NCBI GenBank assembly: GCA_044225505.1
Contig: JBGAIN010000006.1
Coordinates: forward strand, 106,866-126,865
Direction: 5' to 3'
DNA length: 20,000 bases
Source: Limisphaerales bacterium
GTDB lineage: Bacteria; Verrucomicrobiota; Verrucomicrobiia; Limisphaerales; SIBE01
The position numbers and the translations under genes are program-made. Under the pieces are notes generated by a model. That model did no database searches, had not been told where the DNA came from, and saw nothing but the letters and a program-made list of their open reading frames with translations. Below are positions 1 to 8,730 of the stretch, piece after piece (position 1 is the stretch's first letter; each line of letters starts with the position of its first letter).

Positions 1-543
1 CGTAGCGCCTTGGTTTCGCAGTTCCAGAATGGCCGCGCGAATCACTTCCATGTTTACCGGGTCCAGTCCGCTGAACGGTTCGTCCAGAATCAACAGTTCG
101 GGTTCGGCAATCACCGTGGCGATGAACTGCACCTTCTGGCTCATTCCCTTGCTGAGCGCTTCAATCCGCCGCGAACCACAATCATTCAGCCCGAGCTTGG
201 CGAGCCAATGATCGACTTTAGCGGAAGCGTTGCGTGCGCCTTTGAGTTCGGCAAAGAAGCGTAAGCACTCGCGCACGCGCATCCGCTTGTAAAGTCCGCG
301 TTCTTCGGGCAAATAGCCGATCCGGTCAGAGCATGCGCGCGCCACTTCTTCGCCCAGAACCCGCACCGTCCCCTGACTCGGGAAGTAGATTCCCGTGATC
401 ATCCGCAATGTCGTCGTCTTGCCAGCGCCGTTGGGCCCGATGAACCCGTAGATGCTTCCGGTTGGGACGGCCAGGTTCAATTGTTCCACGGCGGTCGAAC
501 ATCCGAAGACTTTCGTGACGTCATGGAGTTCGACGGCGTGCAT
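1..543 (-). CDS. ABC transporter ATP-binding protein (ABC-2/YhaQ-like), 3' part runs off the window
   Basis: Not in the ORF track; translated by hand from ATG at 543: MHAVELHDVTKVFG...GFIGPNGAGKTT (Walker A)...GYLPEERGLY...LSKGMSQK (signature)...LLILDEPFSGLDP (Walker B/D-loop); open to position 1. Confidence 0.93.
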   Translation of the reverse strand, partial: MHAVELHDVTKVFGCSTAVEQLNLAVPTGSIYGFIGPNGAGKTTTLRMITGIYFPSQGTVRVLGEEVARACSDRIGYLPEERGLYKRMRVRECLRFFAELKGARNASAKVDHWLAKLGLNDCGSRRIEALSKGMSQKVQFIATVIAEPELLILDEPFSGLDPVNMEVIRAAILELRNQGAT

Positions 544-735
544 CCTGGATTCGGTGATTAACCTAATTTGCCGTGGGCGTCGAGGTTGGATCCAGCCGGT
601 TCGACAGCGGGCCAAGGGTCAAACCAGACGACACAAGATCAGGAACCGTGTTCGCGCGCCGCGCTTGTGAAAGAGGCGCTCGGCCGGCGCCGTCTGCGTG
701 TGGTGGGGTCCAGCGCGTCCGATTATCGCCGTCGA

Positions 736-1560
736 TCAGTAGTCCACTCGGACGCGGTAAAACCGATTGGTAGCCTCGCGGTTGTCGTCCAGAATATGTA
801 TTTCGCTGCCCGTGCCATTGGTGTTGGAAAGCTCCTGCCAAAGGGGCGGGAATTGGGTCGTGAACTCCACACGATGGACGCGATTCGAGATGCTTCGCCA
901 CGAAATATCCCGCGACCCGTCTGCGAGGCCGTTCACGCGGAGGTGCAGAAGAGTGATGTCCACATAGACGACATCTTCGAAGGTCGGCCGGACCGAGGTC
1001 ACGGGCAATTTGGTCAAGGCGCCCCCAAGGTTGGCGCGGTAGAGCGGACTGTTGGTTGTGAGGTCATTGAAGACATTGAGCACGTTCGTGCCGCCCACGA
1101 CATGGCCAAAGACGGTGAAGCCCCCGTCAGCGAAGTCGAGACCCGAATTGTTCGTCAGATTAATGAACCACTGCGAAGTCGCCGAGTTGGTGACGCCTTC
1201 CTGGCGGGCCATCGCAATGGTGCCGTAGACATTGCTAAAGGTCCGCCCGACTTTGTACTCGTTGGTGATTACCGCCACAGTATTAATGGCTTTGATGGCG
1301 ACGTTGGTCGTGTGGCGCTCGATCATATGATAGCCACCCGACTGGATCACAAAGAGCGGTTCCCAGCGGTGGATGAATAGGTTGGAATACGCTCCAGACT
1401 CCACATAGTGAATGAAATTCGTAACGGTGACCGGTTTGTCCGCGTCGTACAATTCCACTTCCAGATCCCCGAACACGGTTCGGAATTGCGCCAGGGTTCC
1501 GGCAGATAAGGTGCCAAGACCAAGCCAACACCCACAGATCAAAACTAGAACAACACGCAT
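736..1560 (-). CDS. Secreted cyclophilin-type peptidyl-prolyl isomerase with extra ~70-aa C-terminal domain
   Basis: C-terminal part of ORF 736..2199. Likely start MRVVLVLICGCWLGLGTLSA (signal-peptide-like). Motifs PVTVTNF, IHR..FVIQSGG, GTIAMAR, NSATSQWFIN, GFTVFGHV. Confidence 0.9.
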   Translation of the reverse strand: MRVVLVLICGCWLGLGTLSAGTLAQFRTVFGDLEVELYDADKPVTVTNFIHYVESGAYSNLFIHRWEPLFVIQSGGYHMIERHTTNVAIKAINTVAVITNEYKVGRTFSNVYGTIAMARQEGVTNSATSQWFINLTNNSGLDFADGGFTVFGHVVGGTNVLNVFNDLTTNSPLYRANLGGALTKLPVTSVRPTFEDVVYVDITLLHLRVNGLADGSRDISWRSISNRVHRVEFTTQFPPLWQELSNTNGTGSEIHILDDNREATNRFYRVRVDY

Positions 1561-1625
1561 GGCCTGCGCAGGATGGCCAGGGCTCACGACTTTGCAACTT
1601 TTATCTGAGCCCACCCGTCCTCCGG

Positions 1626-2444
1626 TCAAAGATCCGCTTTGGAGAGCTGGCGCCGGAGCAGTCCGTTGTTGGCATTTAATTCGTAAGCATAATCTCCCGG
1701 AATCGGGCGTCTCCAAAACTCGCCGCCTGCACATTCCAAAATCAATCCGCCCGCGGCGATATCCCAGAGACGTATCCCCGCTTCGACATAGGCGTCGAAA
1801 CGACCACTCGCGACATAGACCATGGAGAGCGCGGCGGAACCCATGATTCGAATCTTCCGAACCCGATGCAGCAGGTATCGCATGGTCGGCATCATCCGTT
1901 CGATCGTTTCCGCCTTTTTCGCAAACCCGATGGAAATGATGGATTCGCGCAAGCGGGCGTGCTTGCTCACGTGGATGACTCGGCCGTTCAAGCGTGCGGA
2001 TTGTCCGCGCTGAGCGGTCCAGAGCTCGTTGCAGAACGGATCGTAAACGACCCCGACCTGGGTCTCGTAACCATCGTCCGCGACCTTGGGCCCGCGGGCG
2101 GGTTTCGCCGTTGAGCGCGCTTGAAGCGCAATCGAGACGGCGGCATGTGGAATGCCATAGGCGAAATTGACGGTGCCATCGATCGGATCGACCACCCAAC
2201 GCGCCTCGGCCTCTGGATCACCCAGAATCCCTTCCTCGCCCAACAACGAGACTTTTGGGAACGCTTTGCGCAAGTGTCGCTCGATCAGCTTTTGGCAGCG
2301 CACATCCAACTCCAGTTTGATGTCGTGCTGATGTTCCTCATTGACCCGTTTGGCAGAGTAAAAGTTCTTCTGCATGAGGCCGCCCGCCAATTTGGCCGCT
2401 TGCACCGCGGCGCCGAGCGCCCGTCTCGTCTCAGTCGAATTCAT
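1626..2444 (-). CDS. suhB: Inositol monophosphatase family protein (SuhB-like)
   Basis: LGEEG, WVVDPIDGTVNFAYG, RIMGSAAL and WDIAAG motifs. Start placed at ATG 2444 (MNSTET...). Confidence 0.9.
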   Translation of the reverse strand: MNSTETRRALGAAVQAAKLAGGLMQKNFYSAKRVNEEHQHDIKLELDVRCQKLIERHLRKAFPKVSLLGEEGILGDPEAEARWVVDPIDGTVNFAYGIPHAAVSIALQARSTAKPARGPKVADDGYETQVGVVYDPFCNELWTAQRGQSARLNGRVIHVSKHARLRESIISIGFAKKAETIERMMPTMRYLLHRVRKIRIMGSAALSMVYVASGRFDAYVEAGIRLWDIAAGGLILECAGGEFWRRPIPGDYAYELNANNGLLRRQLSKADL

Positions 2445-2580
2445 GGACTGCAGCTTGTCAGAGAGACGCCCTGGCAACACTCCTTTTCTAGAGAAGCGGC
2501 GCCCAAGGGTTTGGCCAAGACTCGGTGAAACTAAGGAGCGCGGAATTTACTCTAATGCCATTCGGTAATTGCCTCCTGGC

Positions 2581-2668
2581 GCCCCGGATGGGGCAACTCG
2601 AGAACAGCTCGGCGTTTTAACGCCGAGGTCGAATGGGCGCGATTCCAAGTCCCGACGGGACGGCCGAG
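2581..2668 (-). repeat. REP-like tri-hairpin unit, copy 1
   Basis: Hairpins GCCCC-ggat-GGGGC (2581-2594), CTCGGCGTT-tt-AACGCCGAG (2608-2627) and GTCCC-gac-GGGAC (2649-2661). Confidence 0.75.
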
Positions 2669-2746
2669 GACGTGGCATTGAACGGAAGAACCGGAGATTA
2701 AGCGGATCACAAGGTCGTAGTACCTAAACGCCCTTTCTCGCCGCAC

Positions 2747-2834
2747 TCAGCCGCCCCTCCGGGGCTTGGGCCCTCTCACTTGAGCACCCGGCGCTAAAGC
2801 GACCGGGCTTCTCTCATTCTGTCCCTTCCGGGAC
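2747..2834 (+). repeat. REP-like tri-hairpin unit, copy 2 (inverted relative to copy 1)
   Basis: Hairpins GCCCC-tcc-GGGGC (2753-2765), CCCGGCGCT-aa-AGCGaCCGGG (2787-2807) and GTCCC-ttcc-GGGAC (2821-2834), with similar spacing to copy 1. Confidence 0.75.
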
Positions 2835-3023
2835 TGAATAGAATTACCGAATGGCATTAGAATTTACTCCGCAGGAAGCCACGCTTGGCGAAGGGCGCCT
2901 CAATGATCCGACGCTTTCTTCCGACACGGCCGTTCCTGCGGGTTGAAGCCCACGCCCCTATGCAGGTGCTGGCCCTCCGGTGGCTGGCGCGCTCGCGCGT
3001 TGGAGAAACCGGAACTGGCTGTC

Positions 3024-3566
3024 TCAATGCTCGAGGAGTTTCTGTTCGAGCCAGGCATCCGGAAGCGACAGTTGATCCCGCTTGGTGTGACCGAGAATCA
3101 GCAAGCCGCCAGGCCGGAGCAGTTGCGGCACGAGCAGGTGATCGAGCAACTGCTGCGAGAATGAAGTGGAGCGGCGACCGACGTTCTTTTCTCCAAACGG
3201 AGGATCCGCGATGATCAGATCGAACTGCCGTTGCGCGCTAGCCAGCTGCCCGATGGCAGCGAGAGCTTCCTGGACGCGCAGTTCGAACCGGGCGCGGTCC
3301 AGGCCGATCTCTTCCAGGTTCTCGTTGATGATGCGCGCGTGACGGTTGGCCTTTTCGATGCTGGTCACCCGCGCGGCGCCGCGGCTCAAGCATTCCAGGC
3401 CCAACGCTCCCGAACCGGCAAACAACTCCAGCACTTCGGCATCGACAACGCGTCCCGCGAGACTGTTGAAGACAGCTTGTTTGACCACGTCTGGAGTCGG
3501 CCGAACGTCAAAGCCTTTTGGCACTTTGAGGAGTCTGCCGGCGGCAGTTCCACCGATGATACGCAT
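3024..3566 (-). CDS. rsmD: 16S rRNA m2G966 methyltransferase RsmD, apparently truncated by an in-frame TGA
   Basis: MRIIGG, RPTPD, ELFAGSGALGLECLSRGA and ADPPF motifs. The frame continues past TGA as DSQFRFLQ... to TAG at 2958-2960. Confidence 0.9.
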   Translation of the reverse strand: MRIIGGTAAGRLLKVPKGFDVRPTPDVVKQAVFNSLAGRVVDAEVLELFAGSGALGLECLSRGAARVTSIEKANRHARIINENLEEIGLDRARFELRVQEALAAIGQLASAQRQFDLIIADPPFGEKNVGRRSTSFSQQLLDHLLVPQLLRPGGLLILGHTKRDQLSLPDAWLEQKLLEH

Positions 3567-3583
3567 AACGTCTGGACTACAAC

Positions 3584-4617
3584 CTAAAACCGGAGCTGGA
3601 GTGTGACCGACCCGAACCCCTGGCCTTCAGGCTGAGGCCGAAATTCCCGGGTGCGGAAAATGTGGGAGTAGACCAGTTCGATGCGATTCAACACCAGGAC
3701 CAAACCACTGCGCCATTCTCCCACAAACGGTTCTTTGTCGACATGATGGCTTTCCCGAAAACTATTGCCATCCAGGAATGTGGTATACAGGACCGCGCGC
3801 CCTTCGACACCACTAAAGAAATAAAATCCCCAACGCGGTTCTGTCTCCGACCGGGAACGTCCGCCACTCGGACCGAGCAGGGAATGGATGGGCTGGGCTC
3901 CGAAGTCTTCCGGCAAATGCCAGCCAACGCGAAAGGTCGTGCCGACCCGGAACGAGGTATCCACGTTGCCAGCGCTTAGCCCGGCCTGCGGAATCATGTC
4001 GAAGTAGTGTTCTTCTCCTGAGGGCACGGGAATGAGCCAGGCGCGTCCGTATTGCAGAGCGACTCCCGGTTCGTCTTGAAGCTGATACTCCCAGCCGCGC
4101 GGGGCGTGATGATGGTACCAAGTCTGGATGTGATCGGCGAATGATTCCGGGCCGATCATTCCAAGGTCCAGGCGTACATTCTCCAGGGTCAAGAAGCCGC
4201 CCCGGCTAAGTCCGCGCCGCTGCAAAAGCACACCGGCATAGAGCCAGCCGCGCGTAGGGCCGGTCGTCCGGCAGGAAGTTGGAGGTGTGGGTGTTGGCAG
4301 GCGTAAAGATGCTTTGTCCCAGTTCGTATCCGACCCGGTCTGCTTCGGGAGCGAAGCCAAGGGCCGGGACATTATCCAGGCCAGTTTTGAGCCAGCCAGG
4401 GAGTTCGTTATCGCCTTGGAGAAAGGAAAGGCGCGCGCCTTGGGTACCAACGATCGGTTCCATTAAACAGATCGTTTTCCTCTGTGAGGGAAAGGATCGG
4501 TGCGCGATCAAAGTGAGCGGCGGTGAGCGTCAGGCACGACACGCTCAGCCAAAGCGCCCTGAATCCCAGGGCAACGCTCGAAGTTCGGAATGGAACATCC
4601 GGAATTCGGGAAAGCAT
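3584..4617 (-). pseudogene. Lipid A 3-O-deacylase LpxR family (DUF2219) outer-membrane protein with two frameshifts
   Basis: Family motifs are spread over three frames: ENDLFNGTDRWY | TQGARLS...GQSIFTP...DDRPYA | GWLY...GMIGP...GWEYQL...FLDGN...C-terminal Phe. Shifts near 4445 and 4251. Confidence 0.85.
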
Positions 4618-4713
4618 AGCGACGTTGTCTCGTTCGATTGGGTATGCCTATGTGCGCGGTGTGCTGCCAGAGCCGCTTCGGGAATTGCAACTTAATCCAA
4701 TCCCGTGGATTGG

Positions 4714-4749
4714 AAACAAAAAAAGGCGATCCGTGGAACGGATCGCCTT
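4714..4749 (-). terminator. Intrinsic terminator of gap
   Basis: Perfect 12-bp stem AAGGCGATCCGT/ACGGATCGCCTT (4723-4749), followed on the minus strand by a T-run, about 20 bp after the gap stop. Confidence 0.88.
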
Positions 4750-4768
4750 GTTTCAAAAAGGAGGCTTC

Positions 4769-5836
<1,068 letters not shown>

Positions 5837-5872
5837 TCAACTCAAGTTAACTACAAAACTACCAGGCCGCCG

Positions 5873-5900
5873 ATGTTAATGGCGGAGCCCTGACCGTCAA
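5873..5900 (-). promoter_or_regulatory. Putative sigma70 promoter of gap
   Basis: Minus strand TTGACG-N16-TAACAT about 55 bp upstream of the ATG. Confidence 0.5.
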
Positions 5901-6007
5901 CGCTGAATTGAGTGCCGCCGCGGTTTAGTATGACCCAGGTCAATCTGGAGCGATTGGAAGCCAGGGCATCGATTGCCCAAGCGTCGCTTTTTGAAACTCA
6001 AGTTGGA

Positions 6008-6586
6008 TCAGCGATGCTGATAGCGTGCCACTAAAAGCCCCGCGACAGCGCCGGCCAGGTGGCCTTCCCAGGAAACCGCACCGCGTTGCGGCAGAACCCC
6101 ATAGAAGATTCCGCCGTAAAGAACCAGGACGGCCGCTGCCACTAGCACCGCCCGCCAGCTTCGCATCCACCACCCCGCGGCGATCAAGTATACCACAAGT
6201 CCGTAAATCACGGAACTGGCTCCAATATGAATCGCACCGCCCCTCCCGATCAGCCAGGTTCCAAATCCGCTGCCGACCCAAATCCAGGCCAGCGTCTGGA
6301 CCGGCCGATAGCTCCGTTCCGCAAAAAGGATCAAGAGCAGGACAAAAAGCGGCAGGGTGTTGGCTGAGAGATGGGCAAAGCCCAGGTGCAGCAACGGGGC
6401 AAATAGAATCCCCACCAAACCTCGCCCGGTGCGCGGCAGAATCCCAAGAACTCGCAAGTCTGCCGGCAATAACCAATCCAGCACGGCCACTAAAACCATC
6501 GCTCCGACTAGCAGAATGCTAGTCTCGAGCGCGTCGCCATAGCCGCTCTTGGCAGATCGGCTCACGCGTGACTCGAGCGCATCCAT
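6008..6586 (-). CDS. Rhomboid family intramembrane serine protease
   Basis: Hydrophobic helices; PLLH..FAHLSAN, HIGASS (catalytic Ser) and SWEGHLAG (catalytic His). Exact start uncertain. Confidence 0.9.
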   Translation of the reverse strand: MDALESRVSRSAKSGYGDALETSILLVGAMVLVAVLDWLLPADLRVLGILPRTGRGLVGILFAPLLHLGFAHLSANTLPLFVLLLILFAERSYRPVQTLAWIWVGSGFGTWLIGRGGAIHIGASSVIYGLVVYLIAAGWWMRSWRAVLVAAAVLVLYGGIFYGVLPQRGAVSWEGHLAGAVAGLLVARYQHR

Positions 6587-7005
6587 GGCAAGCGTGGGTC
6601 CAGGCGGCGACCCATCCAGGGATGAGTATCAACCAGCGGTGGCGGTTTAGACGCGAGTTTCAACGCACCTCACCTTAATGCGAGGCCCCTTGCTCGGTCA
6701 ATTCAGTCACAATGTCGATTCGGCCGACGGACGGGCGGGGAGGTTTAGATTGGGTCGGCGTGCGAGTCCTCGGCAAGGCTGGCTGGCCCCGGCGTTTTGC
6801 CGGAAAGACTCCGTAATTAGTAACGGCACCGCGGAACAGGATCTCATGACCACACCTATCGGCAGGATGCAGATGCTCTAGGCGAATGAAGTGCCCTCTT
6901 TATTGGTTTGTGTCCGCGGGCGGGGTGAGGGAAGGCAGAATGGACCCACCCAAACGCCAAGATGGTGGACTTGGGTCCGGCCTCCCACCGATGTTCATCG
7001 CTTTT

Positions 7006-7096
7006 TAACAGGGAATAAACATGGATTAGACAAGGATTTAGCACGGATACAACCCGTGTTATATCCGTGTTAAATCCCTGGTATCTCCGTGTTATA
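7006..7096. repeat. Palindromic array of degenerate 11-bp repeats
   Basis: Four units TAACAGGGAAT / AAACATGGATT / AGACAAGGATT / TAGCACGGATA, then four inverted units CCCGTGTTATA / TCCGTGTTAAA / TCCCTGGTATC / TCCGTGTTATA. Confidence 0.75.
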
Positions 7097-7241
7097 TACG
7101 TATGAAGAGCGCACCAGAAGCGATAGAACTCGTTGGAAACAAAGGCCCAGGACGCTGGTCAAGTCTCGGATAGGAGCTTCGCTCCGTGGGAGAGAATTGG
7201 ATTGGAATTGCCGCTTCAAAGCCTAAGATGTCGCGATCCAC

Positions 7242-7952
7242 ATGCAGTCTGGTATTCGGATCAAGGATTTACCCGGGACGGAACGACCTCGCGAACGGCT
7301 CGCGCAACAGGGAGCGGACGCGTTACGGAACGCGGAGTTGCTGGCGATCTTGCTGCGCACGGGTTTAAAAGGTGCGTCGGCGGTACAAGTGGCCGAACAG
7401 CTGCTCAGCCGCTTCGAGAGCTTGGATCAGTTGGCGCGCGCCTCTCTCGCGGAGCTTCAGCAGACCAAGGGGATAGGGTTGGACAAAGCCATTGCGCTGA
7501 AAAGTGCGTTTACGCTGGCACGCCGCCTGGCCCAGGAGATTCAGAGTGACTCCCCGGTCTTAGACACGCCGGAACGGATCGCGGATTTGTTGCGAGAAGA
7601 GAATCGCTTGTATCAAGTGGAGCAGTTCCAGGTGGTATTGTTAAACACGAGGCGTCGGTTGATTCGCCTGGAGCGGATCTCGCAAGGAACGCTCGATACG
7701 TTGCTGGTGCACCCGCGGGAAGTCTTCCGGGTCGCGATCGCGGGCAATGCCTCGGCGATCGTGCTGGTGCATAACCACCCAAGTGGAGACCCGACACCAT
7801 CCGAAGCGGACATCAAAGTGACGCGCGACCTGATCCGGGCGGGGCAGCTTCTCAAGATTGACGTGCTCGACCACATTATCCTGGGGCGCCGCACGCAGGA
7901 ACGAAATAAAGATTTTGTGTCGTTGCGCGAGCTTGGTTATTTTTACAGTTAA
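7242..7952 (+). CDS. radC: RadC (UPF0758) JAB-domain protein, full-length chromosomal type
   Basis: ERPRERL, ELLAILLRTG, HhH-like KGIG, VHPREVF, HNHPSGDPTPSEAD, LDHIILG. Confidence 0.96.
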   Translation: MQSGIRIKDLPGTERPRERLAQQGADALRNAELLAILLRTGLKGASAVQVAEQLLSRFESLDQLARASLAELQQTKGIGLDKAIALKSAFTLARRLAQEIQSDSPVLDTPERIADLLREENRLYQVEQFQVVLLNTRRRLIRLERISQGTLDTLLVHPREVFRVAIAGNASAIVLVHNHPSGDPTPSEADIKVTRDLIRAGQLLKIDVLDHIILGRRTQERNKDFVSLRELGYFYS

Positions 7953-7968
7953 CCGATTCACCAACGTC

Positions 7969-8247
7969 ATGAGCACTCCTGAACAACCCAAGGCGACCGG
8001 GCGGTTTCGAAGGTTAAAATGGACGGTGGGAATCGTGGGGGGAGTCCTGTTGGCTTACCTCTTATCCGCGGGGCCCGCCTTGTACTGCGCGCAACGGCGA
8101 CTGGTAGCGACCGAGACGGTCGAGAAATTCTATTTCTCGCCTTACACGCCATTTGAACTCACGAGAAACATTGTGCCGGGAGCAGAACTGCCGTTGACGA
8201 TGTACATCAACTGGTGGCAATCGCTCACGCCGGAGTTGAACCACTGA
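7969..8247 (+). CDS. Small single-pass membrane hypothetical protein (92 aa)
   Basis: ATG 16 bp after the radC stop; basic N-terminus, TM segment WTVGIVGGVLLAYLLSAGPAL, then FY..PY and Y..WW. Confidence 0.65.
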   Translation: MSTPEQPKATGRFRRLKWTVGIVGGVLLAYLLSAGPALYCAQRRLVATETVEKFYFSPYTPFELTRNIVPGAELPLTMYINWWQSLTPELNH

Positions 8248-8730
8248 GCGCGGCCCGCTGCGGGGATGCTCGGGCCTCGCCGCAGCACTCCTCCTAGTTT
8301 TCAAACAGGCTCTGAGCCTGAGTGGAAGGGCGTGATCAGAACTGGGTTGAGGCGGGGAGCGCGGCTGTATCCGCAGGATCCGCCGCAGAACTTAGCCGGC
8401 TTCGGGATCCGAGCGTGTATCGTCAGACCAGCCGCAGTCGTTCCGCCTATGGCAGCGCGCATTGAAGAGAGCGACGAGGTTCTGCGCCTCGGTTGCCTCT
8501 GCGGCTAGGCTCGATGACTTGCCATAGCCGCGCTCCGCGGAAGTCAGGTCGGCTGACCTCAGCTACTTTTGACTGCGCCTGAGCGGAAAGACGTCAAAAG
8601 TCCGCTCGCCACAGCCCGCGAAGCGCGTTTATCCTGCCGTTGCGATGCAAAGCTCTCGCCGTGTTCAACGAACTCAGTTGCGCCCGTGCTCAGGAAATGG
8701 GCGAATCGCCTCTGTGCGTTTGCTGCCGCC

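Larger units (their letters stand above)
2553..2859. mobile_element. MITE-like non-autonomous element with IS4-like terminal inverted repeats
   Basis: Perfect 18-bp inverted repeats TAATGCCATTCGGTAATT (2553-2570) / AATTACCGAATGGCATTA (2842-2859), flanked by the direct repeat GAATTTACTC (2543-2552 and 2860-2869). No transposase inside. Confidence 0.88.

Noticed and set aside
568..1380. 270-aa plus-strand ORF
   Set aside because: Antisense shadow of the cyclophilin gene; no motifs.
1561..2199. N-terminal 213 aa of the 487-aa ORF 736..2199
   Set aside because: Overlaps suhB in another frame and is Arg-rich with no recognisable motif; the credible start is the signal peptide at 1560.
2552..2746. 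64-aa ORF inside the MITE as a transposase remnant
   Set aside because: Runs through hairpin repeats; no DDE or HUH motif recognisable.
3024..3026. Selenocysteine or alternative genetic code at the rsmD TGA
   Set aside because: The position corresponds to Gly, not Cys, and other genes in the window use TGA as a normal stop.
6587..7005. Short ORFs and weak GC hairpins upstream of the rhomboid gene
   Set aside because: No recognisable protein or RNA motif; hairpins are at a level expected in GC-rich DNA.
7006..7096. CRISPR array
   Set aside because: Units are 11 bp, contiguous, degenerate and inverted; no spacers or cas genes.
7242..7952. radC as a marker of a mobile element or defence island
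   Set aside because: Full-length form with N-terminal HhH region among housekeeping genes; no integrase nearby.
8316..8730. ORF 8266..8508 and the 54-aa N-terminal extension of lpxA
   Set aside because: No motifs; LpxA homology begins at MIHPTA (8731).
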